From a virus (lineage: Duplodnaviria; Heunggongvirae; Uroviricota; Caudoviricetes), in IMG/VR virus record IMGVR_UViG_3300020576_001396, positions 1-64,000 of that record: a DNA stretch of 64,000 bases. One strand, written 5' to 3'. Within the stretch, counting starts at the first letter, position 1, and the number at the start of each line of letters is the position of its first letter. The notes beneath the pieces were generated by a model. That model was not told the origin of the DNA, did no database searches, and saw nothing but the letters and a program-made list of their open reading frames with translations. Below, piece after piece: positions 18,530-29,106 of the stretch. A program made the position numbers and the translations under genes.

Positions 18530-18588
18530 GTTCAAAATCAAATGTATATAAACAAAATCAAATTGTTATGTCAAAATCAAATTTTAAA

Positions 18589-19002
18589 ATGCCTGTTATG
18601 GGTCAGCCTGTATGGGTAATATCGGAACAGCCTCTGGATGAGAGAATATCTGTAGTTGGAGAACGTGGAATTCTTAATACACTTGTGTATTTTGCTCCTG
18701 ACGCAATTATGGTTGTGAAGATGGATTTCGAAGACGAAACCATGACCAAACTCGTTATAAACCAGGGTCTTAAGCATAAAGATGATGAGACAAAATCTCT
18801 CGAGGTTCGTCTTGACATCAGAAAAGCAAGTGAAAAAGAACCGGATGGTACTTCAGTTTTCGCTGATGAAGATGAGGCAAATGCTGTTGCAATACGTCTC
18901 AACGAAAATCAGAAGAAACAGGCGAAGAAACTTTTCGACCTTTTCGGTAAAGCTTACAATGAGTATGACCAGATCAACGGTACACTCAGGAAATCGAAAT
19001 AA
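18589..19002 (+). CDS. Hypothetical protein. The start is moved to the motif-supported ATG 18589 (track start 18526).
   Basis: From MPVMGQPVWV. High-GC codon usage. Start context CAAAATCAAATTTTAAAATG. Confidence 0.55.
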   Translation: MPVMGQPVWVISEQPLDERISVVGERGILNTLVYFAPDAIMVVKMDFEDETMTKLVINQGLKHKDDETKSLEVRLDIRKASEKEPDGTSVFADEDEANAVAIRLNENQKKQAKKLFDLFGKAYNEYDQINGTLRKSK

Positions 19003-19028
19003 GTATTAACCTCTAATCTACATTTAAC

Positions 19029-19445
19029 ATGTCAGAAAAGAAAAATCCAAATTTCTCTTATATCAACGAGAGAATCGCCGAAGGAATCAAAAAAGAGGCA
19101 AATGACGGGGCAGTTGACCGCGTTGTGCAGAAAAGAGTTGAAGCTGAGATAGCACGGCGTGCCGACTTACTCGAGAAAGCTCTTGACAAGTACAATACTG
19201 CTAAGAAGGAACTTGCAAAATGCGGACCTGACCTTATTTCACACGGTGTCGTGGAAGATTCTGGTACACCAGTAAAACAGTTGGCTTACAGTGATAAACG
19301 CTGGAAAGAAAGAGAAGCTCTCGGCAAAACTATTGCAGACCTTGATATAGCTATCATGAAGGCAATGGGTGCTGAAGCTGATTATTCTAAACTTCAGAGT
19401 TTAATTGGTGGAGCTAAACCAAAAACTGATGGCTCAGCAGAATAA
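19029..19445 (+). CDS. Hypothetical protein
   Basis: 138 aa, high-GC codon usage, coiled-coil-like. Confidence 0.55.
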   Translation: MSEKKNPNFSYINERIAEGIKKEANDGAVDRVVQKRVEAEIARRADLLEKALDKYNTAKKELAKCGPDLISHGVVEDSGTPVKQLAYSDKRWKEREALGKTIADLDIAIMKAMGAEADYSKLQSLIGGAKPKTDGSAE

Positions 19446-19845
19446 AAAAGTATATGGGATTCCACTAATTGTATCCCTAAGAGTTAAGGAAATTATCAAC
19501 AATTCAAATGACGTAATTATTGAACGTGTTCTTGAACACATTGCAATTAAGGCACAACAATCAGATATGCGTATAGAATATGGTGTAAATGAAGATTGGC
19601 ATCAGCATCATACCATCGAAGGCATGAATGATAGAGGATGTGGGTGTTTATATTGTCAGACATTTCATAGGTATGTTAATACCAAGGTGTCTGCTCATCG
19701 ACTACGTAGGAGAATTGATGATTACGACTATATGTGTCGTCCTTACGAAGGCTCTACGGACTACAAAACTCTAAGTGATTTAGAGAAAGAGTGGGTCCGA
19801 CTGCGAGCGTTTAAAAATCAAATTAAACAGCTTACAGGATTATAA
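19405..19845 (+). CDS. Hypothetical Cys/His-rich protein
   Basis: 146 aa. CGCLYCQTFHRY...C cluster. Overlaps the previous gene by 41 nt. Confidence 0.45.
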   Translation: MVELNQKLMAQQNKKVYGIPLIVSLRVKEIINNSNDVIIERVLEHIAIKAQQSDMRIEYGVNEDWHQHHTIEGMNDRGCGCLYCQTFHRYVNTKVSAHRLRRRIDDYDYMCRPYEGSTDYKTLSDLEKEWVRLRAFKNQIKQLTGL

Positions 19846-19874
19846 TATTAAAGGCTCTACGGAGCCTTTATACT

Positions 19875-19947
19875 GCCGTCTTAGCTCAGTGGCCAGAGCT
19901 GTTGCTTTGTAAGCAACGGGTCGGGGGTTCGAATCCCTCAGACGGCT
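19875..19947 (+). tRNA. tRNA-Thr (anticodon TGT)
   Basis: Acceptor GCCGTCT/AGACGGC perfect. D-arm GCTC-AGTGGCCAGA-GAGC. Anticodon stem GTTGC/GCAAC with loop TTTGTAA. T-arm GGGGG-TTCGAAT-CCCTC. Discriminator T. Confidence 0.85.
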
Positions 19948-20016
19948 CTAATAATAAATCAAAGTAAAATAAAACCAATTGAACCAATAGATTTACTCAA
20001 AGAGAATCTAGCTGAA

Positions 20017-20334
20017 ATGAATAAAGCTATCGACAAGAGCACTGTATCAAACTATGCTACTGTCTCTGAAAATCTTAATCCTTGGATTGAGAAATACGAA
20101 GAAGCTATTAAAGTTCTGCAACTGTTAAATCAAAATCCTATAAAAAAATACAGATGGTTTAAAGATGGTATGGAACCAGCAATAAACGGTCAATGGGTTT
20201 TGTTAAAGGAACTTAAAAAAGAAAATAAAATAAATTTTCTTGTACTTTCTGATGAACTTGAAATAAAGAAACAAAAAGAAGGTAAAGGAGAAGAAATACC
20301 TGATCATAACAGTAGAAAAGGAGAATATGAATAA
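20017..20334 (+). CDS. Hypothetical protein
   Basis: 105 aa ORF. Confidence 0.45.
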   Translation: MNKAIDKSTVSNYATVSENLNPWIEKYEEAIKVLQLLNQNPIKKYRWFKDGMEPAINGQWVLLKELKKENKINFLVLSDELEIKKQKEGKGEEIPDHNSRKGEYE

Positions 20335-20452
20335 AGATATTTTAATTATAATTGCTATATGTGCAAGTATACTTGTACCTAGCGTCATTGCTTTTTTATT
20401 AGTCTTAGGAGTAAATAAACGCATAAAATCTAAAAATAATGAGCAGAGTTAG
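20327..20452 (+). CDS. Small single-pass membrane protein (41 aa)
   Basis: Hand-found ORF MNKDILIIIAICASILVPSVIAFLLVLGVNKRIKSKNNEQS. Confidence 0.3.
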   Translation: MNKDILIIIAICASILVPSVIAFLLVLGVNKRIKSKNNEQS

Positions 20453-20618
20453 AGTTACACAACCTGTTCTTGTACGTTCTACTACACCTGAAATCAATTC
20501 ACGTATAGTAAGAAAATCTAAAAGATTAATTAAAAGAATAGAAAAGCATCGTGCCGTTGGAGTCTTCATAAAAAACGCTTTTGGCGTAAAAGGAAGATTT
20601 GTATACATCGGTACATAA
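20439..20618 (+). CDS. Small basic hypothetical protein (59 aa)
   Basis: Hand-found ORF MSRVRVTQPVLVRSTTPEINSRIVRKSKRLIKRIEKHRAVGVFIKNAFGVKGRFVYIGT. Confidence 0.3.
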   Translation: MSRVRVTQPVLVRSTTPEINSRIVRKSKRLIKRIEKHRAVGVFIKNAFGVKGRFVYIGT

Positions 20619-21253
20619 TCTCAGCACAGAAACTTAAGCATGTCCAAGTCCCATATATGGTAAACCAACGCACACCAGCGTTGTCTTATGGATAGTTGTT
20701 ATGTTTGATTTCTGCCCTGTTTCTCGTGTCGGGCTTGCCCACACATTCAGCCATATATCACTCATCAATCAAAATTAAGTGTAATTACCTATTGTGGTCA
20801 GTTGACCAACAGCAATAGGAATGGACGAAGTATGATGAATTCTAGTTTAAAAAACGCAACCGTTTCTACTTTACTATGTAGCGTAATCATTCTATTAAAC
20901 ATGGACTTGTCTAGTTTAAAAACGTATTTAGCTAAAAGGCCACAGCCTTTGCGACAACACGAAAAAATGTTACAAAGCTTAGAAAAAGAGAAATATACTG
21001 TGGTTTTGCCAAATATGTATCTCCTTTCAGTGGAGAAAGATGTATACACAGGCATGTCTACATACGTACATAGTACGCTTGCAAGGACACAAACGACAGT
21101 GAATAATCTTCCCGTATCCAGTACGGATACAGACTGTAGGGGCAGTCCTTTAAATAGGTCACCCTAAGTAAACTTAAATTGTTTACATTCTGAACACTGA
21201 ATGGGTGTAGGCTTGCCTCACCCTTTCTATTATTAAATCAAAATAATAAGCCA

Positions 21254-21793
21254 ATGTTAACAAAAACATATAAAGCCAGACTAATCAAGGTCTGCAAAGT
21301 TTTGTTTCCAAAATATAAATATGTTAAGCTTGATGCTTTACATAGAAATGCCATTTTCTACAATTGTCGTATTCCTATAATATCATGGTTTACATCTTCA
21401 TGGAAGATAAGTATCACTGAACTTATTAAATTTCAGATACCAAATCAGCTTGCTGACTTTAAATATGGTAATACAAGGCTGATAAGTATAGTTCAGGAAG
21501 ATTTAGTAAGATGTGATATTACTAAGAAAAACGTAATTGATTACTTCCTTGAAGAAATCACAGAAGTTAAGTGTGCTGATTTGTACAAACAAATGAAAGT
21601 AGTACCTAAACTTATCAACATATCTGAATCTACTCCTGAAGAAGATGAGTTATACAGCACTATGTTTGAGTTCTATGAACAGAAAAGAGAAGTTAAAAAT
21701 AACAAATCTTATTATGTAAGTAAAGAAGCTGTTTTTTATAGTGCTTTATTTTTACTTGTGTTATATTCTATACTTAGAAATATGCATTTTTAA
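21254..21793 (+). CDS. Hypothetical protein
   Basis: 179 aa. Start context AAATCAAAATAATAAGCCAATG. Confidence 0.5.
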   Translation: MLTKTYKARLIKVCKVLFPKYKYVKLDALHRNAIFYNCRIPIISWFTSSWKISITELIKFQIPNQLADFKYGNTRLISIVQEDLVRCDITKKNVIDYFLEEITEVKCADLYKQMKVVPKLINISESTPEEDELYSTMFEFYEQKREVKNNKSYYVSKEAVFYSALFLLVLYSILRNMHF

Positions 21794-21795
21794 CC

Positions 21796-24285
21796 ATGTT
21801 TATACGAAAAGATAATCGAATTGACGTCACTATATTTGACGTTTCTAATAGTAGTATTCTTAGCAAGAAAGAGATGTATGATCAGGCTATACAAATGCAT
21901 GAAGAAAGTCTTAAATCTGCTACTGATATAAAAACTACTACACGGATTGTAATGCCTACTATCTTTAGCTATTATAATACAGAGTATATACATTCTACTT
22001 CGTGCTCACGTAAAGCTTTATTCAATGATATATTAGGTAGAGGATTAGACGTGGGTGAAAAAGAATGGGGTGATACAAGAATCGTTAATAAGAGAATATC
22101 TACCGACAGAAAACCTCAAAAACGTAGAGCAGGTATGTTTAATACACAAGTAAAAGAAAACGATGCTTTAATAAATGATACTAAAGCATACGATCTAATG
22201 CACAAGTATAATAAAAATACCTTAAAACGTTCCGGTTTAAATATCACATCTTCTTCTAATAGTGATAAGGCAGTAAAAGGAAGTTATGATTACTATCTTT
22301 ATGATGACTCCTCTATTCCTAAAAGAAACACTTTTAAAGAAGAAGACTCTGAATTACATCACGTTGATCGAGTACTAATTATTGATACTGTATACACTAT
22401 TAGTGAATTACCTTTATTAATAGATCAAATGTATGATTTATCTCGTATGTGTGATAATAGTTTAAACAGAATGGACTATTTAAATATATATCGAGATTTA
22501 ACACGCAGATTAACCCAACGTACTCTAAATAGAGAATTGTTAGGAAAGTATGGTATCAAAGACTCGCGTACCTGGAATAGACTAAACAAGACTAATACAG
22601 GAATAGGTTCAGAATATGGTACATACTATAAAAAAGTATTTGATTCTGTACATGAAGAAAACGAAGCTACTGAGACACTAACGTCTAATGTATTTATACC
22701 AGTGACTTACATTTTCTTTCTACAAAAATCAAATGGTTTATTTATGACTAATGATAGTATCATAAAAGAATCTCACGTAATTAAGAATCCTCAATTCTTT
22801 GTAGATAAAACACCTATTTCTGAAACTCTTGGTTTTCCAAGTTATAAAAGCGAAAGCTTTATACATAACGATAAAGGTAAATTAACGTTTAAAGTACAAA
22901 CTCATACAAGTATTTTACCTGAACTAACAACATCCAACTTCGATTTAAAAACAACACTAACAAGCATACCTAGTAGCTTAGCTGAACGCCTATTAAAATC
23001 AAAATTAAAAGCAGTTAATAATTATGCTACTGAAACAAAACAATACGAACATTATATGTATGATATACCAAAATCAATATTGGAATCAGACCTAATGTCG
23101 TCTTTTCATTTCTTCAATAAAGATCAAGTAAATCAAATTACTTTTGAGCAACGATATCATAATCATTTCTTTTATTATAAAAGAGTTGATGGTAGAATAG
23201 ACTTGTCTTACTACACCAAAAATATAAATGCTTATTTAATTAATAGATTTGCAAGTACCTTTTATGGTTCAAATATAAACATTGATGATATAATTATCAG
23301 TGGAGAAATAATGTTCAAATCAGGTGTATCACTTGAAGAACAGTATTCTAAACTTGAAAACAGACAAAAGATATTAGCTGAAAAGTTTAACGATTCTAAA
23401 GAGACTATTCTTACAGAGAACATGTTTCTTTATGAAAAGACCAATCTTTTGTTTATGTATCTGCTAAAAAAGACAAACCATTATATTTGTATGGACCCTA
23501 AAAACAGAACTGGGGATTCCTCATTCAATAGATTTAAGATTTTAATCTGTAATAACAATTACATTTTTAAAAAGGAGTCTATAGACGCTGCCTTAACCAG
23601 CGATATAAAATGGTTAGAAATAAACAGTGTACATAAAGCTCATTTATATGAGTATTTGTTTGTTTATGTAAAAAACCATTCGAAAGAAGAAATTCTAAAG
23701 AAAATTCAAGATGTATTAACAGGTTTTATCACTACAATAGAAAACGATGCTATAAAAGCAGTATCTACGGATAAATTAGTAGATATCTTTATCGAGCTTG
23801 TTTCTAAGAGAGGACCTGTTCACAATATTTTTGCAGATTTTTATAATCGTTTCTATAAGTTAGTAAGGGTTCATACATCAGTAAATGCAACTCTTTTAGA
23901 CATTGTAAGTAGAGGTCAATCAGAAGACTATATACTTAAGATAGTACATGATGTAAGTATGACTACTTATTTGGATAATATCATGAGAATATTTAGTTGT
24001 CTTTCTCTATTAATAAGACTATTTGTAGAATCTAACTCTACTTATGTCATTGATGAGAAAGGTAAATCTTATGATTTTCTACTAAATAGCCCTGCTTTTG
24101 CTCGTGCTCATCAAAATTTCTATATGTACTATGGAGGACGTGAATATCAATTTGAATTCATTAAAAATAGTATTGTGACAAATTCAACATCAACAAAAAT
24201 AGACAGTCTTGAAATATTCACCAAGCTACTTATTAATAACTTCTCTAAAGAATACTTTGGTACTCTAAAGAAAGACAATATGTAA
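21796..24285 (+). CDS. Large hypothetical protein (829 aa), AT-rich and N/K/Y-rich
   Basis: Long uninterrupted ORF. No motif recognised. Confidence 0.65.
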   Translation: MFIRKDNRIDVTIFDVSNSSILSKKEMYDQAIQMHEESLKSATDIKTTTRIVMPTIFSYYNTEYIHSTSCSRKALFNDILGRGLDVGEKEWGDTRIVNKRISTDRKPQKRRAGMFNTQVKENDALINDTKAYDLMHKYNKNTLKRSGLNITSSSNSDKAVKGSYDYYLYDDSSIPKRNTFKEEDSELHHVDRVLIIDTVYTISELPLLIDQMYDLSRMCDNSLNRMDYLNIYRDLTRRLTQRTLNRELLGKYGIKDSRTWNRLNKTNTGIGSEYGTYYKKVFDSVHEENEATETLTSNVFIPVTYIFFLQKSNGLFMTNDSIIKESHVIKNPQFFVDKTPISETLGFPSYKSESFIHNDKGKLTFKVQTHTSILPELTTSNFDLKTTLTSIPSSLAERLLKSKLKAVNNYATETKQYEHYMYDIPKSILESDLMSSFHFFNKDQVNQITFEQRYHNHFFYYKRVDGRIDLSYYTKNINAYLINRFASTFYGSNINIDDIIISGEIMFKSGVSLEEQYSKLENRQKILAEKFNDSKETILTENMFLYEKTNLLFMYLLKKTNHYICMDPKNRTGDSSFNRFKILICNNNYIFKKESIDAALTSDIKWLEINSVHKAHLYEYLFVYVKNHSKEEILKKIQDVLTGFITTIENDAIKAVSTDKLVDIFIELVSKRGPVHNIFADFYNRFYKLVRVHTSVNATLLDIVSRGQSEDYILKIVHDVSMTTYLDNIMRIFSCLSLLIRLFVESNSTYVIDEKGKSYDFLLNSPAFARAHQNFYMYYGGREYQFEFIKNSIVTNSTSTKIDSLEIFTKLLINNFSKEYFGTLKKDNM

Positions 24286-24351
24286 CTTTTCAACTGTTTA
24301 TATCGTATAACATGGTACTCGCCTGGTTTTTGTTAAACCAAAATACCTGTT

Positions 24352-24798
24352 ATGAAAAAGCCAATATTAGCTTTTTTTCTTTTTATGTCTATGATATGTA
24401 CAGCGATGGCTCCTCCGAGTAACGTTTTAAATATCATTGTAGACAGTACACCCATCATATCTTATGAAATAGGCAACTACAATCCTTTAATCGTAGGTAT
24501 GTATAAATACGAGTGTAATGGAATTGATACTCTTGTAAACGAACATGAACAAGCGTATGGTCCTCTACAAATTAGACAATGTCTTTTGGACGACTACAAT
24601 AAGTTAAATCACACAAAATATGTATTAACTGATTGTTTTAATTATGAATTAGCTGCTAAGATATTCTTATATTTTACAAACCATGACAAAAAAGGTAACT
24701 TGATACCAAATAAAACTTGGGAGCATGCTGCTAAAGATTGGAATGGTTCTGGTCCAAAAACAAATAATTATTGGAAAGAAGTTAAAAAACTAATTTAA
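24352..24798 (+). CDS. Secreted protein, possibly a lytic transglycosylase/lysozyme-like fold
   Basis: 148 aa. Signal peptide MKKPILAFFLFMSMICTAMA. EHEQAYGPLQIRQ resembles the SLT catalytic-Glu and GLMQI region, weakly. Confidence 0.4.
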   Translation: MKKPILAFFLFMSMICTAMAPPSNVLNIIVDSTPIISYEIGNYNPLIVGMYKYECNGIDTLVNEHEQAYGPLQIRQCLLDDYNKLNHTKYVLTDCFNYELAAKIFLYFTNHDKKGNLIPNKTWEHAAKDWNGSGPKTNNYWKEVKKLI

Positions 24799-24855
24799 AA
24801 TATTACTTACTTAATATCGGATTCATGGTTATTACTAACCATTAATTACAAACTC

Positions 24856-25380
24856 ATGAATTTCAAAAATCCCTTTACGAAAACATCAAGTATCACATTA
24901 AGTAAAGCGCTCGAGTTAAAGGATATTCTCCAAAACAAACTTAAATCAAATCATAACATTCTGAAACTAGAAAATAGCGTATTCGTAGGTCAGAAAAGAA
25001 ATTATGATCTGAAAAAGATTGTCAAGGAAAGTGAAAGTGTACAGGAACAGTTAATCACCATGAAATTAATAATTCAACAGGCGAATCTAAAAGTTGTTGA
25101 AGGTGAGAAACATTGTATTTCCCATTATGTATATGTTCTTTCTGAAAAGAAACAACAGATACTAAATCTAACCAGCATGCTCAAGGAAGCCTTTGAGGGT
25201 ACAGGTAAAGATAAACAGGGAAAGACTGTCACTTATGCTAAACCGATTTACACACGTCCAGAACTTGAAGATTGGATAAACAAGTTACGAAAAGAATGTT
25301 ACGAGATTGAAGACACAAAGTTGACAACTCTTAACAATCAGATCATTGTCGAACTTCCATTCAAAACCAACTTAGTATGA
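24856..25380 (+). CDS. Hypothetical protein
   Basis: 174 aa ORF. Confidence 0.5.
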   Translation: MNFKNPFTKTSSITLSKALELKDILQNKLKSNHNILKLENSVFVGQKRNYDLKKIVKESESVQEQLITMKLIIQQANLKVVEGEKHCISHYVYVLSEKKQQILNLTSMLKEAFEGTGKDKQGKTVTYAKPIYTRPELEDWINKLRKECYEIEDTKLTTLNNQIIVELPFKTNLV

Positions 25381-26087
25381 ACATTGCAGTAGTCGGTTCT
25401 TGTGCTGATTCTAATAACTTAGCGAAAGAACTAAACAAACGTTTAAATGACTCGATTATAGCAAGAGTTGACCTTTTGAAAAATATAAAGGAGCTTTTGT
25501 TGCAGGACATGAACGTTAACACGAACGAAAACCTTGGTACTTATGTTGGAGATGTAGAGTCTTATGATTTTTCTAAGATTTCTACAGCACAACGTGCAGA
25601 TATTCTGAAAGCAGCTGAGACTATAAATAAAAATGTAGTTGAACTGAAAAAAGGATATTCACGCTCTCCGTACAAACTAAGTACCTTTGACGCTCTTACG
25701 AACAGTCTTCCTACGGGAACCTATTCGTTTATCAAAGTCTATTCCGGTATTATTGATGACTCTCGTATAGAAGCTCTGATAAGAGACGAGTCTTTTCTAA
25801 CCAGTACAATATTCGTAAAATTTACATCCCCAAAAGATGTTATTCTTCCGATAAATGTTTCTCAAAAACATATTGATACTATAAAAAAAGATGGTTTTGC
25901 ATATGTTGAATGTGCAGACTTACAGGAGATATTCAAATCTGAAGTATTTCAGTTACTATTCGAAACAGGCAATGAAAAAACATCTGTGAAAACAGAAGTA
26001 AAAGAAGAAGTTGTTATGGAACAGCCGGCAATAAGACCTGGCCAAGGCCTAATCCATCATTTAAACGTGGTGGCAGAAGCAGCTTAA
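25377..26087 (+). CDS. Hypothetical protein
   Basis: 236 aa, start overlaps the previous stop. Confidence 0.55.
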   Translation: MNIAVVGSCADSNNLAKELNKRLNDSIIARVDLLKNIKELLLQDMNVNTNENLGTYVGDVESYDFSKISTAQRADILKAAETINKNVVELKKGYSRSPYKLSTFDALTNSLPTGTYSFIKVYSGIIDDSRIEALIRDESFLTSTIFVKFTSPKDVILPINVSQKHIDTIKKDGFAYVECADLQEIFKSEVFQLLFETGNEKTSVKTEVKEEVVMEQPAIRPGQGLIHHLNVVAEAA

Positions 26088-26114
26088 TAATACACATAAT
26101 GAATCATGTGATAA

Positions 26115-26146
26115 GGGGGTATCGAAAGGTATCCCCTTTTTATTTT
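26115..26146 (+). terminator. Rho-independent terminator
   Basis: GGGGGTATC-gaaag-GTATCCCC followed by TTTTTATTTT. Confidence 0.55.
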
Positions 26147-26159
26147 AAAACCAATCAAA

Positions 26160-26429
26160 ATGGAAACATTAACTTTATCAGAAAGTATCAAAGGTCTGAT
26201 GACTAGCCTCGTAATCGAAACAGAGGATAACATCAAAGACTACATGAATGAAAAAATAACCAAGGAAACCAAAAAGGTTCAAATTGGTAGTAGCGTAGAT
26301 ATAGCAGCTTTACGCGCAAAAAGACTCATAAACACTACAATCACTGAAGTTGTTGAAGAGTTAAGGAAAGAACGTGTAAATTATGCGGTTATAAACCGTA
26401 TTACAGACCTTATCAATGGAAAACTATAA
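26160..26429 (+). CDS. Hypothetical protein
   Basis: 89 aa. Start context CCAATCAAAATG. Confidence 0.45.
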   Translation: METLTLSESIKGLMTSLVIETEDNIKDYMNEKITKETKKVQIGSSVDIAALRAKRLINTTITEVVEELRKERVNYAVINRITDLINGKL

Positions 26430-26769
26430 CATTACACAGATAATGGAGTATATAGTAAATTGTGGTGATACTTTAACTACAGACGTATTTATACTTCCAA
26501 GTAATGTTTATTGTCGTCTTGTTAAAACTGATTATCACATCATAAAGCATTTTGATAGTTCTACATTCAAAGAAGTAAACTACAACGTGTACTTATGTTG
26601 GAATTATGAAACAGGTTTAAAAAGATTTATTACTTTTGATGAGTTTAACGTTCAATTCAAAGCGTACTGTCTATTTAAGACGCACGATGACTTTCAAGAC
26701 TGTTTAATACAGGAAATACTTGACAAAGATTTATTCGAGATCGCTGCTCAAAGCGAACATATGTTCTAA
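26416..26769 (+). CDS. Hypothetical protein
   Basis: 117 aa ORF. Confidence 0.45.
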   Translation: MENYNITQIMEYIVNCGDTLTTDVFILPSNVYCRLVKTDYHIIKHFDSSTFKEVNYNVYLCWNYETGLKRFITFDEFNVQFKAYCLFKTHDDFQDCLIQEILDKDLFEIAAQSEHMF

Positions 26770-26836
26770 AAAAGAAACTTGTTGTAACCTTTACTTTTTC
26801 ATATCGTAAAAGTAGAAACAACTTGTTAAGTATGTC

Positions 26837-27160
26837 ATGAAAGTTAAAGTAAAACAATCAATCTTCGGTAACTGTAGCTCGGGAGAACATCCTATGAGAT
26901 TACATGCTGATGAAGGCGATTCTTTAAAAGTTATATTTCAAAATCCTACACATTTTATCTGCGAAAGTAAATACTATGAAGGATTAGAAGTTGTAGTCTT
27001 TCCATCTCAAGTAGCTGAAGTTATAAGAGAGAAAGATATATATACTGATGAGTATGACATTGAGAAGTATTACCATGTCTATGAAGACAAAAACAAAACT
27101 AATCTAGATGATCCATTTTGTACAGCATTCGAATCTGAGGAATCAGACGAACTTATTTAA
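26837..27160 (+). CDS. Hypothetical acidic protein
   Basis: 107 aa ORF. Overlaps the polymerase start by 53 nt. Confidence 0.4.
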   Translation: MKVKVKQSIFGNCSSGEHPMRLHADEGDSLKVIFQNPTHFICESKYYEGLEVVVFPSQVAEVIREKDIYTDEYDIEKYYHVYEDKNKTNLDDPFCTAFESEESDELI

Positions 27161-29096
27161 AAATGTTAGTACTACCATTTCACTAGATGACGCACTTGAA
27201 TTACTAAGTAAACACACATTACTAGCTCTTGATACTGAAACTACAGGACTGGATACTTTAACTACTGATTTGATTATGTTACAGATCGGTACTATAGAAG
27301 GTGACCAGTTTGTGTTTGATATGCGTAATATCGACGTAGAACGATTTAGAGGCCTGTTAGAGGCATCTACTCGTACTTTCATCGGGCATAATATCAAGTT
27401 TGATTACAACGTCTTAAAATCAAGGAAAATATTATTAAGTAACGTATACGATACTATGGTAGTAGATCAAGTTATTTATAACGGTCTCTACGATATGCAA
27501 TATATACGTAAGAATCATAGATTCTCTTTAGCAGGAGTGTACAAACACTACTTCAATGAGAGTATAGACAAGGAAACACGTCAACAGTTTCATAAGGTTC
27601 AACAAGAGCCCTTTACGGAACAACAGATTGTATACGGTGCATTAGACGTGGTATATCCATTTAAGATAAAGGAAAGACAGGATGTAGAAGTCAAGAAATT
27701 GGAACTACAGCCATGTATAGACCTTGAAAATAAAGTAGTCTTAGCCTTAGGCGATATAGAGTACAATGGATTTCACCTTAACCGTACAAAGTGGTTACTA
27801 CTTAATAGTCAGTACAAGATTAAAGCGTTGGAGACTGAACACAAATTGGATGAATTGATTTTAAATCAGGGAGTCCGATGGGTTAATAAGTATAAACTTG
27901 ACGCACGTCAGACTGATCTCTTTGATTCCTCTTTTGAAACTAAACGGTTGACCACCATCAATTGGGGAAGTGATAAACAGGTTTACACAATATTAACAAA
28001 AGTTTTTAATTTATTACCTACCGATAAACATGGTAAGCCAAGTTCTGGAGCTAATGCTATAGAGCTACTACCAGCGAAGCATGAAATAACATCATTGTTA
28101 TTACAACTTCGTAAGGAAGAGAAGGCTGTAAATTCATTTGGTGAAGAATACTTGAAAAAGTTTCAGGACCCAGATGGACGTATTCGTACTCAGTACAACC
28201 AGATTATTGAAACAGGTAGGATTTCTTCTCGTTCTCCTAATCTACAACAGATACCTAAGGAGATCGACTTTCGTGCTGCTTTTGAAGCCCCACAAGGACG
28301 CTTAATCATTACAGCTGACTATGCAGCCCAAGAGGCACGAATAATTGCTGACAGAGCAAATGACAAATCGTACATTGATTTCTTTTTACACGGTTCAGGT
28401 GACGTACATTCGTTCGTTGCTACCAAGATGTTCTCTGCCGCATTCGGTAAAGAATTCATTGTAACATCTACAAATGAGAATAAAGCTTATCGTCAAAAGG
28501 GAAAGATACTTAACTTTTCTATTTCTTTTGGTGCTTCAGCTTTCACTATTGCACAGTCTCTTAAGATTCCACAAACGGAAGCTCAAGAATTACTGGACTC
28601 TTTTTTCAGGGGATTCCCTGAATTAAAACAAATGTTTGACGCTAACAAGGCCTTTGCCTTAAGTAATGGATTTATCCGCACTAATGATATTACTAATAGA
28701 ATCAGACATTTCAGGTATTGGAGTGATTACCTTAAGCTAAAAGCAAAATCATATACAACTCGCGAGGAGTCCTCTAGTTTGATGAAAACTCAGGGGAACA
28801 TAGAAAGACGAGCAATGAACACTCCTATTCAAGGTACTGCATCAGATATGACAAAAACTGCAATTGTGTTGATACGACAAAGATTACTTGAAAGAGGAAT
28901 AATGCCGTATGATCGCAATGCTATTGCTAAACTTGTCAGTGTGGTGCATGATGAAACTAGCATAGAGTGCATTGAAGAAGTTGCGGAAGAGATTGCCAGC
29001 ATTCAAAAAGAATGTATGGAATCTGCTGGAGCTATATTCGTAAAGAGTATGCCTTTACCAGCTAACCCAGTGATTAAGAAACATTGGGACCATTAA
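27108..29096 (+). CDS. DNA polymerase, family A (Pol I-like) with a 3'-5' proofreading exonuclease domain
   Basis: 662 aa. Exo I LALDTETTGL, Exo II HNIKFDYNVL, Exo III YGALDVVY. Polymerase motif A ITADYAAQEARI, motif B RQKGKILNFSISFGAS, motif C VHDE. Confidence 0.9.
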   Translation: MIHFVQHSNLRNQTNLFKNVSTTISLDDALELLSKHTLLALDTETTGLDTLTTDLIMLQIGTIEGDQFVFDMRNIDVERFRGLLEASTRTFIGHNIKFDYNVLKSRKILLSNVYDTMVVDQVIYNGLYDMQYIRKNHRFSLAGVYKHYFNESIDKETRQQFHKVQQEPFTEQQIVYGALDVVYPFKIKERQDVEVKKLELQPCIDLENKVVLALGDIEYNGFHLNRTKWLLLNSQYKIKALETEHKLDELILNQGVRWVNKYKLDARQTDLFDSSFETKRLTTINWGSDKQVYTILTKVFNLLPTDKHGKPSSGANAIELLPAKHEITSLLLQLRKEEKAVNSFGEEYLKKFQDPDGRIRTQYNQIIETGRISSRSPNLQQIPKEIDFRAAFEAPQGRLIITADYAAQEARIIADRANDKSYIDFFLHGSGDVHSFVATKMFSAAFGKEFIVTSTNENKAYRQKGKILNFSISFGASAFTIAQSLKIPQTEAQELLDSFFRGFPELKQMFDANKAFALSNGFIRTNDITNRIRHFRYWSDYLKLKAKSYTTREESSSLMKTQGNIERRAMNTPIQGTASDMTKTAIVLIRQRLLERGIMPYDRNAIAKLVSVVHDETSIECIEEVAEEIASIQKECMESAGAIFVKSMPLPANPVIKKHWDH

Positions 29097-29106
29097 TGAT
29101 TAGAAT

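Noticed and set aside
20802-21167. 121-aa plus-strand ORF and an overlapping 85-aa minus-strand ORF in the 20.6-21.25 kb gap
   Set aside because: Mutually overlapping, no start motif, odd composition. Left unannotated, though this 650-nt gap could hold a small RNA.
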